The position numbers were made by a program, and so were the translations under genes. 64,000 bases of DNA. Origin: Eledone cirrhosa. Its lineage: Eukaryota. The notes beneath the pieces are model-generated. The model was not told where the DNA came from. It worked only from the letters and a program-made list of their open reading frames with translations, and did not search any database. The DNA is taken from positions 114,266,001-114,330,000 of the forward strand of contig OZ024741.1 in NCBI GenBank assembly GCA_964016885.1, written 5' to 3'. This document shows, one piece after another, positions 1-12,084 of this stretch; the first letter of the stretch is position 1; each line of letters begins with the position of its first letter.

Positions 1-490
1 GCATAAAAAGGTGCAGAGCACTAGAAGTCGATGGAAACCGCAGAGTGGGGAGACCGAAGATGACCTGGGATGAGGTGATAAAAGCCGACCTTACCCAATT
101 ACACCTCTCAAAGGCGATGACACATGACCGTGACCTCTGGCATCACGCAGTAATACAAAGTACCCGACCTCCCATGGGTACAAGCTGAAGCATATAGACA
201 ATATGCCCCCACACCCTCCTACTGCAAGGTGGTCGTGGAGGTGCCACGGCAAAAAAGCACCCAGCCCACACTGTAAAATGGACGTGTAGGCGCCACGAAA
301 AGCACCCAGCACTCACTGTAAATGAGGTTGGTGTTAGGAAAGGCATCCAGCTGTAGAAATCAAGCCAAATCAGTTCCTGTATGAGCATGGCATGGTTAGC
401 CGACCAGACACTGCCCACAACAGGACAACCCGTCTAACCCATGCTAGCGTGGAAGAACGGACGTAAAACGGTGATGATGATGATGATGAT
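1..490 (+). mobile_element. RTE-clade LINE, 3' end (ORF C-terminus, 3' UTR, (GAT)n tail)
   Basis: Frame from nt 3 reads IKRCRALEVDGNRRVGRPKMTWDEVIKADLTQLHLSKAMTHDRDLW, homologous to the C-terminus of the 904..3048 ORF; ends CCCATGCTAGCGTGGAAGAACGGACGTAAAACGG-(TGA)n. Confidence 0.9.
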
Positions 491-903
491 ATATATATAT
501 ATATATCATCATCATCATCATCATCAACGTTTAACGTCCGTGTTCCACGCTTGCATGGGTTTTGACGGGGGTAGTCCCACTTGAGGCAAGAGTGATTGTC
601 TTGCTCGCATAGGACTGTCTGGCAGGTTTTCTACAGTTGGATGCCCTTCCTAACACCAACCACATTTACAGTGTGGGTCTGGGAGCTTTTTACCGTGTTG
701 CCTACACGGCCACATTACAGCGTGGACTGTGTGTTTTTTTGTCGTGCAACCTACACGATCTCATTTGTTTCGGCCTGGATGGTGTGGCACCAACAAAACT
801 TTACATAGAAGGGGGCGGTGTGGATGGGGTGGGGGTGGTGGTGGTGGGACGGGGGGTATTTTGTTAGAGATGCCTACTGGCTGTAGTAGGTTTTACTATG
901 TAT

Positions 904-3048
904 TTAGGTAAGGCGGGTCTTCTCTGTTACTGAGTACCGCCAAAGGTCTCGGTCCAGTGACATTGTCTTGGAGAGGTGTAAGTGTGTGAGGTCGGAGTTT
1001 ATCAGCTCGTCCCAGGTTTTTCTAGGTCTGCCTATTCCGTGGCTACCGTCTATCTTTATTGCCCTGCACTTTGTTATACAGCTATCGACTTTCATGCGCA
1101 TCACGTGTCCATACCAACGTAGCCTTCTCTCGAGTAAACAACATCTGATCCCTCTTATTTCTAATTTTTTCCTTAGTTCGTTTATGCTTTGCCGTTCACG
1201 TATATTACTGTTACACATCCAGCGGAGCATGCAAGCTTCGTTCCTCTCTAGTCTGCGTATATCCTCTGCACACAATTTCCAGGTCTCACTGCCATGCAAC
1301 ATTGCTGTTCGTATGCAGGCATCGTACAACCTGCCTTTCATTTTTAGGGAGAACCCTTTAGCAGCTAATAGTGGTATAAGCTCTCTGAACTTTTTCCAAC
1401 CAGTTCTGACTCTAGCTACTGTACTTTCAGAGCACCCTCCCCCACTGCTGATTTTATCACCCAGGTAATGGAAGCTGTCCACTATTTCTATAGAACCCTC
1501 TGCGCAATTGAAAGAGCTAGTATTTTGTGGGCACTTGCTGCTACTTATTGCACCAGAGCACTGGCCACATGTAAAATCTATGTTCTTAGTTAGCTTACCT
1601 GTGATCCCACTACATCTTTTATGCACCCATACTTTGCATTTAGGACATAAAATGGAGTTTCTACCTACGCCTTTCCTACACACCGAGCACAACCATTTCC
1701 CAGAAGGGACCGCCGCCTTATTTTCTTTCCTACAAACTAGAACTTTAGTCTTAGCCAGGTTAATTTTAAGTCCTTTTGATTCTAGGCCGTGCTTCCATGT
1801 TTGGAATTTCTTCTCTAGCTCGGCCATTGATTCCGCTATGAGTGTCAGGTCGTCTGCGTATAGGAGTTCCCATGGGCAGCCGGTCTTGAACTCCTCTGTT
1901 ATAGCCTGAAGGGCAATAATAAATAGTAGGGGGCTGAGAACAGAGCCCTGATGGACGCCAACTTTTACGCTAAACTCTTCACTATATTCGTTGTCAATTC
2001 TAACCTTGCTGACTGTTTCTTTATACATGGCTTGTATAGCTCTCACAAGCCATTCGTCAACGCCTAGTTTTCTAAGAGCCCACCAGATAATGGAGTGGGG
2101 GACTCTGTCGAAGGCTTTCTCCAAGTCGACAAAAGCTAAGTAGAGGGGTTTACCTTTAGCTAGGTACTTCTCCTGTAGTTGTCGTACAATGAAAAGAGCG
2201 TCTGTGGTACTTTTGCCTGACACAAACCCGAACTGCATTTCATCTAGGTCAATTCTCTCTCTGATTAGTTGTGCTATTACTTTTTCCGTGACCTTCATGA
2301 CCTGGTCGATTAATTTAATGCCTCTATAGTTACTCCTATCTAGGGCGTCTCCTTTACCCTTATAACAGTTAACGATGATGCTGCTATGCCAGTCCTTCGG
2401 AACAACCCCATTCTGTACGACTTGGTTAACTATGCGGGTGACCATGGTGTGTCCCACCGTGCCAGATGCCTTCAGCATCTCAGCAACTATTTCCGAAGGC
2501 CCAGCCGCCTTACCCGTCTTCATATCCTTGATTGCCTTACTTATTATACTCCCCTCGACTAACACTGCTGGTCCCTCTATTGGGTCGATATGGGGGAGAC
2601 TGTCTTTCTCCCATTTATTCTCCTCATTTAGTAGCCTTTCATAGTGACACTTCCAAGCTACCTTCTTATCAGCGTCGGTGATGGCAAGTATGCCATCATC
2701 GTTAAGTACACACTTCTCCCCGACAATATCACGGTTTTCCTTGACGCATTGCCTAGCAATCCTGAACACCTCACGTTTTTGGTCCTCGCGTTGTAGAACA
2801 TGCTTGAACTTTCTTTCCTCAGCTTCCCTTCTTGCTAAGTACACTTGTCTCCTAGCTTCCCTCCTGGCCACTTGATAGTCTTCTTTACTTCCCCCATCCC
2901 GCCATACTTTCCAAGCCTGCTTTTTGGCCTTAATTGACCCCTCCACCTTACTGTTCCACCACCATGTTACTCTCCTCCTGCCTACAGGCCTGTCCAGCCA
3001 CAGACTTCGTCTGTCGCCATCAGCAGGTTTGCTTTCAGAAATTTCCAC
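904..3048 (-). CDS. RTE reverse transcriptase portion, with internal C4HC3 PHD-like finger
   Basis: YKGKGD..NYRGIKL, QFGF, FVDLEKAFD, GVHQGSVLSP, YADD, FHYLG, RLRWYGHV, GRPRKTW. Confidence 0.92.
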   Translation of the reverse strand: MEISESKPADGDRRSLWLDRPVGRRRVTWWWNSKVEGSIKAKKQAWKVWRDGGSKEDYQVARREARRQVYLARREAEERKFKHVLQREDQKREVFRIARQCVKENRDIVGEKCVLNDDGILAITDADKKVAWKCHYERLLNEENKWEKDSLPHIDPIEGPAVLVEGSIISKAIKDMKTGKAAGPSEIVAEMLKASGTVGHTMVTRIVNQVVQNGVVPKDWHSSIIVNCYKGKGDALDRSNYRGIKLIDQVMKVTEKVIAQLIRERIDLDEMQFGFVSGKSTTDALFIVRQLQEKYLAKGKPLYLAFVDLEKAFDRVPHSIIWWALRKLGVDEWLVRAIQAMYKETVSKVRIDNEYSEEFSVKVGVHQGSVLSPLLFIIALQAITEEFKTGCPWELLYADDLTLIAESMAELEKKFQTWKHGLESKGLKINLAKTKVLVCRKENKAAVPSGKWLCSVCRKGVGRNSILCPKCKVWVHKRCSGITGKLTKNIDFTCGQCSGAISSSKCPQNTSSFNCAEGSIEIVDSFHYLGDKISSGGGCSESTVARVRTGWKKFRELIPLLAAKGFSLKMKGRLYDACIRTAMLHGSETWKLCAEDIRRLERNEACMLRWMCNSNIRERQSINELRKKLEIRGIRCCLLERRLRWYGHVMRMKVDSCITKCRAIKIDGSHGIGRPRKTWDELINSDLTHLHLSKTMSLDRDLWRYSVTEKTRLT

Positions 3049-4028
3049 TGTCCCTCTATATTGTCCAACTCTAAATGTTCTTCCTTACTGTCGAAAGCAT
3101 CAAGTAATATGCTTTGAAATTTATTTCTGGCTGTGGGGTCCTTTAGCTTCCCTATTTTTCTCCTGAGGATAGTCCTCTTCTGCTGTCGAGTACGTCTCGT
3201 CCTGACTGTGAGGTCGCTAATTATCAGTCTATGTTGGGAGGTGCATTCTTCATGGGGGAGGGATTTAGTGTTTACAACAGACACTCTGTCACGTCTTCTG
3301 GTAAGGATATAAACCACCTGGCTTGTGTGTTCCCCGGATCTATAGGTGATCAGGTGATTGTCACGTTTTTTGAAGTTAGTGTTACAGATAGTTAGGTTAT
3401 TTGCATCACAGAATTCCAGGATTCTGGAGCCTTCCTCATTTCTAGTACCAAACCCATAGCCTCCATGGATTTCGTCGTAGCCGTCACAATGTTGTCCAAC
3501 GTGACCGTTTAGGTCGCCTGCAATAATTATATAGTCACTGTCGGTTATTTGGGAGGTAGTGAGCATCAGTGTCTCATAGAATCTGTCTTTTATAGTGCTG
3601 GGCAGTCCGGATTGGGGTGCATACGCGGATATTACTGTCACTGTAGTTCTATTGAGGACAAGTCTTATTTTAATTATTCTGTCGTTCACTCTATTTACGT
3701 CTATTATCTTATCTGCCCACTTTTCTGCTACCATGATTCCTACTCCACCCAGCCCAATGTCGTTTCCCACCCAGAAAAGCTTATAGCATCGTTTTCTACC
3801 CACAATGTATCTAGCAGATCCACCCCTCCACCTGGTCTCTTGAATACAACAAACATCGACCTCCTTACGTTCAAGCATTTCTACAACCTCGTTAGAGCGA
3901 CCCTTTAAGGTGCCTACATTCAAGGTACCAAATCTGAAGTTTTGGATTGCGTTTGGGGGGTTGGAAAGGTGGGGAGCGGGGGGAGATGGGGTTATGTTAG
4001 CCATCTGCGGCCCGAAACAAAGAGGCAT
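2982..4028 (-). CDS. RTE APE endonuclease portion (frameshifted from the RT near 2985)
   Basis: GTLNVGTL, CIQETRW, SAYAPQ, GDLNGH, SQHRL motifs; overlaps RT ORF in another frame. Confidence 0.9.
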   Translation of the reverse strand: MPLCFGPQMANITPSPPAPHLSNPPNAIQNFRFGTLNVGTLKGRSNEVVEMLERKEVDVCCIQETRWRGGSARYIVGRKRCYKLFWVGNDIGLGGVGIMVAEKWADKIIDVNRVNDRIIKIRLVLNRTTVTVISAYAPQSGLPSTIKDRFYETLMLTTSQITDSDYIIIAGDLNGHVGQHCDGYDEIHGGYGFGTRNEEGSRILEFCDANNLTICNTNFKKRDNHLITYRSGEHTSQVVYILTRRRDRVSVVNTKSLPHEECTSQHRLIISDLTVRTRRTRQQKRTILRRKIGKLKDPTARNKFQSILLDAFDSKEEHLELDNIEGQWKFLKANLLMATDEVCGWTGL

Positions 4029-4250
4029 GCTCGCATTTTCGTCCTCGATGTGTGATTGTCTTTAACTTTGGCATTGTCGCTGAGCGTCCAGATTTTTCTC
4101 TCTTCAACTCTCCGGAACTCCGTAGTCCTTCCATCCTACATATCGAAGGCGACCAGGTAAGCGATAGTATAGGCCTGTGGCTTATGATTGGTCCACGTAA
4201 TAATAATGGTGGTGTGTGGGGGCGGGAGGGAGGGGTGTTGAGTTGTTAGC

Positions 4251-4903
4251 GAGAAGATAGGTTTAAGTGAGAACCCCGTATTAACGAACAAAAATACAAG
4301 ATTTGTTTAGTAAATATACGTCAAAAACTTCCGTATTTTTACGAGTATGACAGAAATACAAGAGATTTGTTTTGGAAAATACATGGGGAATGGAAAGAGG
4401 ATAGAAAAAAAAATTGCTATTGGAAGGACTAAAAATGCTGTTGGAAGGACTGACTATGGAGTTAGGCGTATGTTAGAAGAGGTGGAAAAATGAGTACATT
4501 ACATTATAATCATGAATGAATGAAGTTACAGCCACAAGTTTGGCGAAAGTGAATTACTTTGTCTTATATATGTATCTGGGTTGGGTAGAGAGAGAGAGGG
4601 GTGGGTGGTGGTGGTGATTTGACCGCATGTTGTAGAGTGTGGTGGAGGGGAAGGAGATATTAAGGAGCGGGAATTAAGAGTTTGAAATAGTAACATATAT
4701 TTGAAATATTGTTAAGAGTTTGAAGTAACAAATATATTTAAAATATTTGTATATGAGAAGAGTAGGTTTAAGTGAGAAGATAGGTTTAAGTGAGAACCCC
4801 GTATTAACGAACAAAAATACAAGATTTGTTTAGTAAATATACGTCAAAAACTTCCGTATTTTTACGAGCATGACAGAAATACAAGAGATTTGTTTTGGAA
4901 AAT
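4251..4903. repeat. Pair of ~130-bp direct repeats (4251-4381, 4774-4903) upstream of the RTE
   Basis: GAGAAGATAGGTTTAAGTGAGAACCCCGTATTAACG...GGAAAATA occurs twice, nearly identical. Confidence 0.85.
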
Positions 4904-4909
4904 ATATGT

Positions 4910-4960
<51 letters not shown>

Positions 4961-4980
4961 AAACTAGGATAGGTTAAAGT

Positions 4981-5290
4981 GATCATCCTCATCATTGTTT
5001 AATGTCTATTTTTCATGCTTGCATGGGTTAGATGGCTGTTGCATGGTGAAGCCAGACTGGTCAGGTGACTAGGTTCTGTTAGTACACTTTGTTTTGGGTT
5101 GGTTTCTATAGCTGGATGCCCTTCCTAATGCCAACCAGTTTACAGCATGTACTGGGAACCTGGTTTCTATGGATAGATATCTTTCATGATACCAACCATC
5201 TGACAGTGTCTACAAGGAGCATGGTTTCTATAGCTAGGTGCTTTTCATAACCCCAACCACTTTACTGAATGTACTGGTAGCCTTTTATCA
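4981..5290 (-). mobile_element. Old RTE 3' UTR/tail remnant with three ~60-bp internal repeats
   Basis: CATCAT..TTTAATGTC..CATGCTTGCATGGG and repeated GGTTTCTATAGCTGGATGCCCTTCCTAATGCCAACC match the RTE 3' UTR at 507-670. Confidence 0.65.
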
Positions 5291-5619
5291 TGACTCCAAC
5301 ACTATCACCTTACAGGGTGTTTTAGTAGATAATTCAAATGTTAGATATGAATTAAGATATACATAAACCAATATACACACACACATGCACACATACACAC
5401 ACAGCACACACATATATATGTACACACATATATATATATACATATATATATACTTATGTATATACGACCCATAACATCTGCTTGAATTATAGCGGCACTG
5501 TAGTGGCATGCATTTCTTGAGCACTGTAAACCTGGCAGAACCCATCCACTCCCCAGGTCTGAACACAGCTGATTTCTTCCTGAGTAGGAGAGTAAGGGAG
5601 AGTGATAGAGAGGAAGTTA

Positions 5620-5785
5620 GAAAGGGATATGGAGGCAGAATCAACCACAGTACTGGACTGGTACTTTTATCAACCGCAGAAGGTTGAAAGACAAAATTTA
5701 TCTCAGTAGTATTTGAACTCAGAGCACAGAGAGTCACAAAGCATTCTATCAGACGTTCTAATGACTGCCAAATTTATCACCTTAT
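5620..5785 (-). mobile_element. Degenerate tRNA-derived Meta-domain SINE
   Basis: ACTGGTACTTTTATCAACC..GAAAG..ATTTGAACTCAG similar to better-preserved copies. Confidence 0.6.
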
Positions 5786-5998
5786 ATACACTTATATATG
5801 TGTATATTTACATAAACAGAATACACATACCTATACACAATATCTACAACTATATAAAACTCATACATCAAATTTAAAATATTTAAAAATATATAAAATG
5901 TAAGAAAATATAATAAATAAAAATATATATAAGAAAATCTGTATAAAAACTTTATTTGAATAATAATTGAATATTAATGAAACACAATTAATTTAGCA

Positions 5999-6201
5999 TT
6001 AACCATTTAGCATTCACATTACTCTATATATACTATTGTATATTCATGTCTCACATAATATCGAATCTATGAGATTTTGAAAGTATTTATTTTGAGAACA
6101 ATACCTTAACATCAGTTTGAGTGACCAGTTACAGCCAGTTTCAACAGAAAGAGGTAGAGAATTCTGGCCGGTTTTGGCTGGTTTGAACATTAAAGGGTTA
6201 A
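5999..6201. mobile_element. piggyBac-type MITE (second partial copy ~9974-10170)
   Basis: TTAA-CCATTTAGCATT ... AAAGGG-TTAA termini; shared interior CACATAATATCGAATCTATGAGATTTTG. Confidence 0.65.
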
Positions 6202-6299
6202 TTAAACTTCAAACTATAATTAATAAAGAAGAATAAAAATAGAACTAAGAAGATATAATAAAATGAAAAAATAAATATAGTTGTGCATTATTGATACCT

Positions 6300-7085
6300 A
6301 TAAGAAAGAATAATGCAAACTATTAGGATAGTAAATGCCTGAATTAAGCAGAGAAGCTCATCAAATATAATCACAGTTTAAACTTGGTGCTACCAATTTG
6401 GTGAAATATAACATTTACAAATCTTCTGACACTCAGAAATACAGACTGTGAAATGAATGTGGAAAATCTAACTCACTTGGTAAGTGTATGTGAGAGCCTT
6501 GCACAAAAAGAATACTAGTCCCGCCATGATAAAGTTTGTTTGAAGCTTCATTGACTTTTATGACATAAATACCAATACAAATTATAGAGAATTGGTATGA
6601 GCATGTTTCTAGTAAAGTAAGGAGGAGGGGGGAATCAATGATACTCTGGGGTTATGATTCCCAGACTGATAGAGTGATTTTCAGACTGATTGAGTATCGC
6701 TGACAGAATATTGTCTAACAAGAAAAACAAATACTGTCAGATCATTATCATAGCCATACAAAATGACATGAATATTGTGAGTAAAGAGGGTTAAACAAAT
6801 CACCAAGTACTCCGAATTGCAAATGGAGATGGCAAGACTGTTTGGAATATGAAAGAGTAATGTGAAAGTGATAGCATTTGTGATCAGGGAATTAGGGTCA
6901 ATCCAATTGAAACGTCAAGACTTCTTAAAGCCAGTGGGAATACCATGCACGATTTGTGTCATACAAAATTCAGCCTTGCTTGGCACTGCCCATATTTTAA
7001 GGAAATTATTATCTGTTTGATGTACTTGATGTGACTTGACAGTTTACTAAATACTCTGGTATACTCCATCTGCACTGCATGACAA
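6300..7085 (+). pseudogene. Degenerate R4/Dong-like RLE LINE, 3' part
   Basis: ENLTHLVSVCESLAQKEY*SRHD and IQNSALLGTAHILRKLLSV* (stop at 7020), followed by TAA-rich tract. Confidence 0.75.
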
Positions 7086-7104
7086 GTAATAATGGTAATT
7101 ATTA

Positions 7105-7676
7105 CAATAATAATTTGTTATTTAGATACAAGGTCAGTAGTTTGTTGGAGAGGAAAATCAATTAAATCTGACCCAGTAGAAGGCTGGTGTGTTTTTATCA
7201 ACCCTGTAAGGCGGAAAGGTAAATTTGACCTCAGTGGGGTTTAAACTCAGAACATACTTGCAAGACATTTGTAATAATAATAATAGTGATTTCTACTATA
7301 GGCACAAGGCCAGCAATTTGGGGAGAGGGGAAAGTCAATTAAATCAACTATAGTACATTACTGGTGCTTTATTTATAAACCCCTTAAGGATGAAAGGCAA
7401 AGCTAACCTCAACAGGATTTACTCTCATAATGTAAAGAGGCATAATTGCCATTCCATACATGTACTTTCAAGATATTTGTTATAATAATTGTTTCTACTT
7501 TTGGCACAAGGCCAGCAATTACAGTGTATTACTGGTACTTTATTTTATTGACCTCATAAGGATGAAAGGCAAAGTTAACCTCGGCGGGATTTGAACTCAG
7601 AATGGCAAAGGCCGTAACTCTATGCGTCAAAGCATGGCGTCCGACCCTCTACCGATACCGCCAATCCACCGCCCTC
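7105..7676 (-). mobile_element. Three tandem Meta-domain tRNA-SINEs (~7105-7255, ~7272-7440, ~7490-7676)
   Basis: Reverse complement of GAGTTCAAATCC B-box plus GCCTTTCATCCTTA.GGGTCGATAAAATAAAGTACCAG core; youngest copy has TSD ATTTGTTATAATAAT (7475-7489 / 7677-7691). Confidence 0.85.
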
Positions 7677-7730
7677 ATTTGTTATAATAATAATAGTATT
7701 AATAATAATAATGATAATAATAATAATAAT

Positions 7731-9141
7731 GAGCAAAGGATAAGGAAGGAATGTTACCGCAGAGTAAGAGCAATCTTAAGAACGGAATAAAATGCAAGGA
7801 ACAGGATCGATGCCATAAACACGCTTGCCATACCAGTAGTAACCTACAGTTACAATGTCATCAACTGGTCAAGCACAGAGATCCGTAGGCTCGATACAAA
7901 AATTAGAAAATTCTTAACCATGCACAGAATGCATCACCCAAAGGCAGATACAGATAGAATATATCTCCCTAGGAAAGAAGGAGGACGTGGGTTAATCCAG
8001 TTAGATACTGCGTTGAAAACTGCAACAATTGGATTATTTACATATCTAAGGGAATCACATGATTGGATGATCAAACTCGTTTTGAAACACGAAAGCATCA
8101 AAAGATCATACTTCATTACAAAAGATGCACAAAGATACAGTAATGAACTATACATTTCAGAAGTTCCATTTACTGCTGAAATGAAAAACACAAAAAAAGC
8201 AAAGCAGGTAAAAGTAACTGCAAAGAAAGAACTGCTACAGAAACTGGCCAAGAAAAGCCTCTGTATGGAAAATACCCAGAAAGATCTAACAATCTTGATG
8301 TTGACAAAACTTTAACCCATCAGTGGTTGGCATCCTCTGGACTGAAATCGGAGACTGAAGGAGTGATTATATCAACACAAGATCAGTGTCTGCCAACAAA
8401 AAATTACCAAGCCAACATAATAAAAAATGGATGCAGCCCATTATGCCGTGTATGTAAAAACAACCAGAGACCATTGATCATATAATTTCAATGTGTAGTC
8501 CTATAGCTCCAACCGAATACCTAAACAGGCATGACAGAGCTGCACAATACATACATTGGATAATGTGTAGTCATTTTGACCTGCCCCATCAAAAGAATTG
8601 GTGGGAGCATCAACCACCTTCCATACTTGAAAAAGATCACATCTCAATCTTGTGGAACTTTAGCATCCAAACAGACCAAAAAATAGATGCAAATAGACCT
8701 GATATAATACTGAAGGACTTTAAAAAGAGGGTGTGCCTGCTAATTGATATGTCCGTTACAATAGACAAGAATGTATCTATAAAAACATTTGAAAAATTAA
8801 GCAAGTATAAGGACCTGGAGATAGAAATTGGAAAAATGTGGAAATTGAGAACTAAAACAATACCAGTGGTTGTAGGTGCTCTAGGAATGATACCTAAGGG
8901 GTCTAATGATTACTTATCGCAAATCCCAGGAAACCTGCGTATAGTAGAAATACAAAAGATAGTACTAATGGGAACTGCCCATATACTAAGGAAGATTCTG
9001 TCAATATAAGTATATCACCTAAAGATGCATGTGTGTGTATGCATGTTCTTTCTTGAACATGGCGGACCTTGTTGTCTCTTGAGGCCACTGGTTGTGACTT
9101 GGTGATAACTCGTATGAACATAAAGCAAGATAAATGCAACT

Positions 9142-9142
<1 letters not shown>
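7731..9142 (+). mobile_element. 5'-truncated R4/Dong-like RLE LINE flanked by (TAA)n
   Basis: HHPKADTDRIYLPRKEGGRGL, CCHC knuckle, RHD, RPDI..IDM..KYKDL RLE motifs, GTAHILRK end; frameshifted; TAA repeats on both sides. Confidence 0.85.
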
Positions 9143-9174
<32 letters not shown>

Positions 9175-9375
9175 GTTTCTTATATAGGCCAAAGGACAGC
9201 AATTTTGGGGGAGGGGGAAGTCGATTAAATCGACCCCAGTACATTACTGGTGCTTTATTTTATCGACCCCATAAGGATGAAAGGCAAAGTTAACTTCAGC
9301 GGGATTTGAACTCAGACCGTAAAGGACCGTAACTCTATGCTGCAAAGCATTGCATCCAACCCTCTACCAATGCTG
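9143..9375 (-). mobile_element. Meta-domain tRNA-SINE with (TTA)n tail
   Basis: Core TACTGGTGCTTTATTTTATCGACCCCATAAGGATGAAAGGC and B-box on minus strand. Confidence 0.85.
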
Positions 9376-11019
9376 CAGTAGAAGAAAGTAGGCAGTATTT
9401 TAAAAATCGACAGAAATCCAGATTGGCTATCACCATAAGGTATAAATAAAGAAATCAGTGAATTAGATGCCTAATTGATTATCTCTTCCATATCATTAAT
9501 TCAATTTTTAAGTTCATTATTCGCATTTATTTAAAATTCCCTTTCATTTTTGCGTGTTTTTTAGCCATTGGTTTGTTTTCATTTTCATCTTTTTTTTTTT
9601 TACTTTTTATCTTTTCAGAAACCCTGCAGTCTCGTCAACCAAATTATATTCATCTTAACTGAAGCAGCTCAGCTCTCATCTAAATGTTTAACAATATTTG
9701 TTTATAAACGACGCTAAAATATATAATGTTTCTGTTTGTGATGATAATGATGAAAATGATGATGATGTTGTTATTGCTGCTACTGTTGTTGTTGATAGTG
9801 ATGGTATTATTATTGTCGCTGCTGAGGATGGCAAATTGGCAGAATCGTTTGAGCATCAGACAAATGTTTTGTGATATTTATTTCAGTTCTTTGTGTTCTG
9901 AGTTGAAATCCCACTAAGGCCAAACTTTGCGTATCATCCTTCAGTTCCAATAAAAGAAAGTAGCAGTTAGGTGTTAACCCTTTAGCATTTACCTTACTCT
10001 ATATTTATTATTATATTTTCATGGTAAAGGCTTTACCTCACATAATATCGAATCTATGAGATTTTGATATTATTTATTTTGAGTCATATTATTTATTTTA
10101 AGTGGCCAGTTATGGCCAGTTTGAATAGAAAGAGGTGAGAGAATTCTGGCTAGATACAGCCGGTTTAATAACAGTGTTGAGAAAGTTAAGAATATAGATA
10201 AAATAACGATAAGATGAACAAATCAGATTTTTATATAAAAAATAAAAATGATTTTCCAAATCATTTCTGATGAAGACAAAACCCTTTTGGTGACAGCAAA
10301 TATTAAAAACAAATTGTACACAGCTGAGACATATTTTTCATTGAATAATTCTATGCTGTTCACGAAATTGCTGAGGCCAATTTCTTTGTCGATAAAGTGG
10401 TACTTGTCTCAAGTGTTGTAAAAAAAAAATGATGTGTAGAACATCTCTGGAATAATGACTTTTTATGTCACTGTTAAGCTATATATTGTAACATTTATAT
10501 AATTTTGAAAAGTCCAATCGCATTGATAAATGAATAAAGTAGAAAATAGAGAAATGATATTCACATGTTATTACGGTGTATTTGCGGAATTAAACCCCTT
10601 TGTGCTTTCTACATTTTGTCTTTACCAATTCAGAATGAGGGCATTGTATTCACATGTCTCCATCTGATTTACTGCCTTTATTTAGGGCGAAACGGCTGTC
10701 AGGACATTGATTTAATGCTCTGGGCACACAAAATCCTTATGATTATAAGATTATGGAGTTTGTTTCTTCACTCTACCACAGATAGTTTGTTTTCAGCTTC
10801 GCGCTGTTCATCATGTATCCACATACAGACACACACACTCACTAGCTATCTCTGTTAGTTTAGAGCTAGCAGATATAGATACAAACATCAAAAAAGGTTA
10901 ATAGATTTCACTACTTTTAGATTCTACGTTCACACACACAATCCAATCAACTTATCATTTCACAATTATATGCGTGCCGTCTGTACAAAATACATTTTCA
11001 TTGTTCTACTGTACATGCT

Positions 11020-11190
11020 CTATAGCATATAGTTATATGTTCTGTGTTCAAATCCCACCAAGGTTAGCTTTGCCTTTCTTCCTTACAGGGTCGATAAAAT
11101 AAAGTACCAGTAATGCATTAGGGTTGATTTAATCGACTTTCCTTTCCCCAAAAATGGCTGGCCTTGTGCTTAATTCAGAAACAATTATTG
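11020..11190 (+). mobile_element. Meta-domain tRNA-SINE (a more degenerate copy at ~9825-9973)
   Basis: GTTCAAATCCC..TTTGCCTTTC..GGGTCGATAAAATAAAGTACCAG..GGCCTTGTGC..GAAACAATTATT. Confidence 0.8.
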
Positions 11191-12084
11191 TTGATGTTGC
11201 CAATATTGATATTGTTGCTGTTGTTGTTGATGTGGCCATTATTATTGTTATTGTAGATGTTGTTACTATTGCTGCTGTTGTTTTTGTTGTTCATGCTGTA
11301 GATGTAAGTACATTGCTATGATCTTTGTGCTTAAAACATACTAAACAAATTGGGATTTGTGTTTTGTTGTTATTGTCCAAAAATAGATAGATTGATAAAT
11401 ATACATAAATGCATAATTACAGACAGTCAGGCAGACAGATAGATAGAGATAGCTAAGTAAATATATAGACTTTTGCATGAAATATCACCAGTGAACCACG
11501 TTTCAGATCAAATCTGAAGACTTACGTTTTTATGAAATACCAGCAGTGAACGATCTTAGTTCTATTTGTATAAATGAACGAACAGGAATATATTGTTTTT
11601 CATTTTAATGGATTTATAGCTTTATTATTTTGAGAAACAACAGCGAGGTTAGGTCGCCATGACATTTTGTAGGTTTTCTCCATAAGTGACCATTGGAAGT
11701 CTCCCCTCCTATTATCAAATTTTCTTTTGTTGAAATTTTCTATGTTGTTTTTGTTATCATATTTAAAACAGAGCTCCTAGATACACACAATTACGTGTGA
11801 CTATTCACCGAAAATGAAATCAAATAATTGAAATGTTTATACAAACCAAATTTTATCTTTAGCCAAATTGTCCATGGATTTCACTATAATTCAAATAAAT
11901 ATAATACTCAAAAGAAATTTGTATTTCTGGCTGTAGACCTTCAGTCTATGACTTTTACTATAATTCAACATCATGACAGAAAATGTGAAGCTTTTTGGCG
12001 TTCAGTAGAAATTCGTTTAAAGATAATAACCAACTTCTTGTGGAAGGGATAGGTTCCACTGGTCAGGTGGTCCATCTGTTGTCA

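Larger units (their letters stand above)
506..4030 (-). mobile_element. Near full-length RTE-clade LINE (APE + RT) with (GAT)n tail
   Basis: APE and RT ORFs in tandem; 3' UTR motifs shared with the element at 1-490; (CAT)n on + strand from 507. Confidence 0.92.

Noticed and set aside
968-3908. Plus-strand ORFs over the RTE and antisense ORFs over the PLEs
   Set aside because: Antisense shadows of real TE coding frames
10261-10435. CTGATGA at the start of the 760-bp duplication as an HHR
   Set aside because: No properly placed GAAA..UH half could be paired
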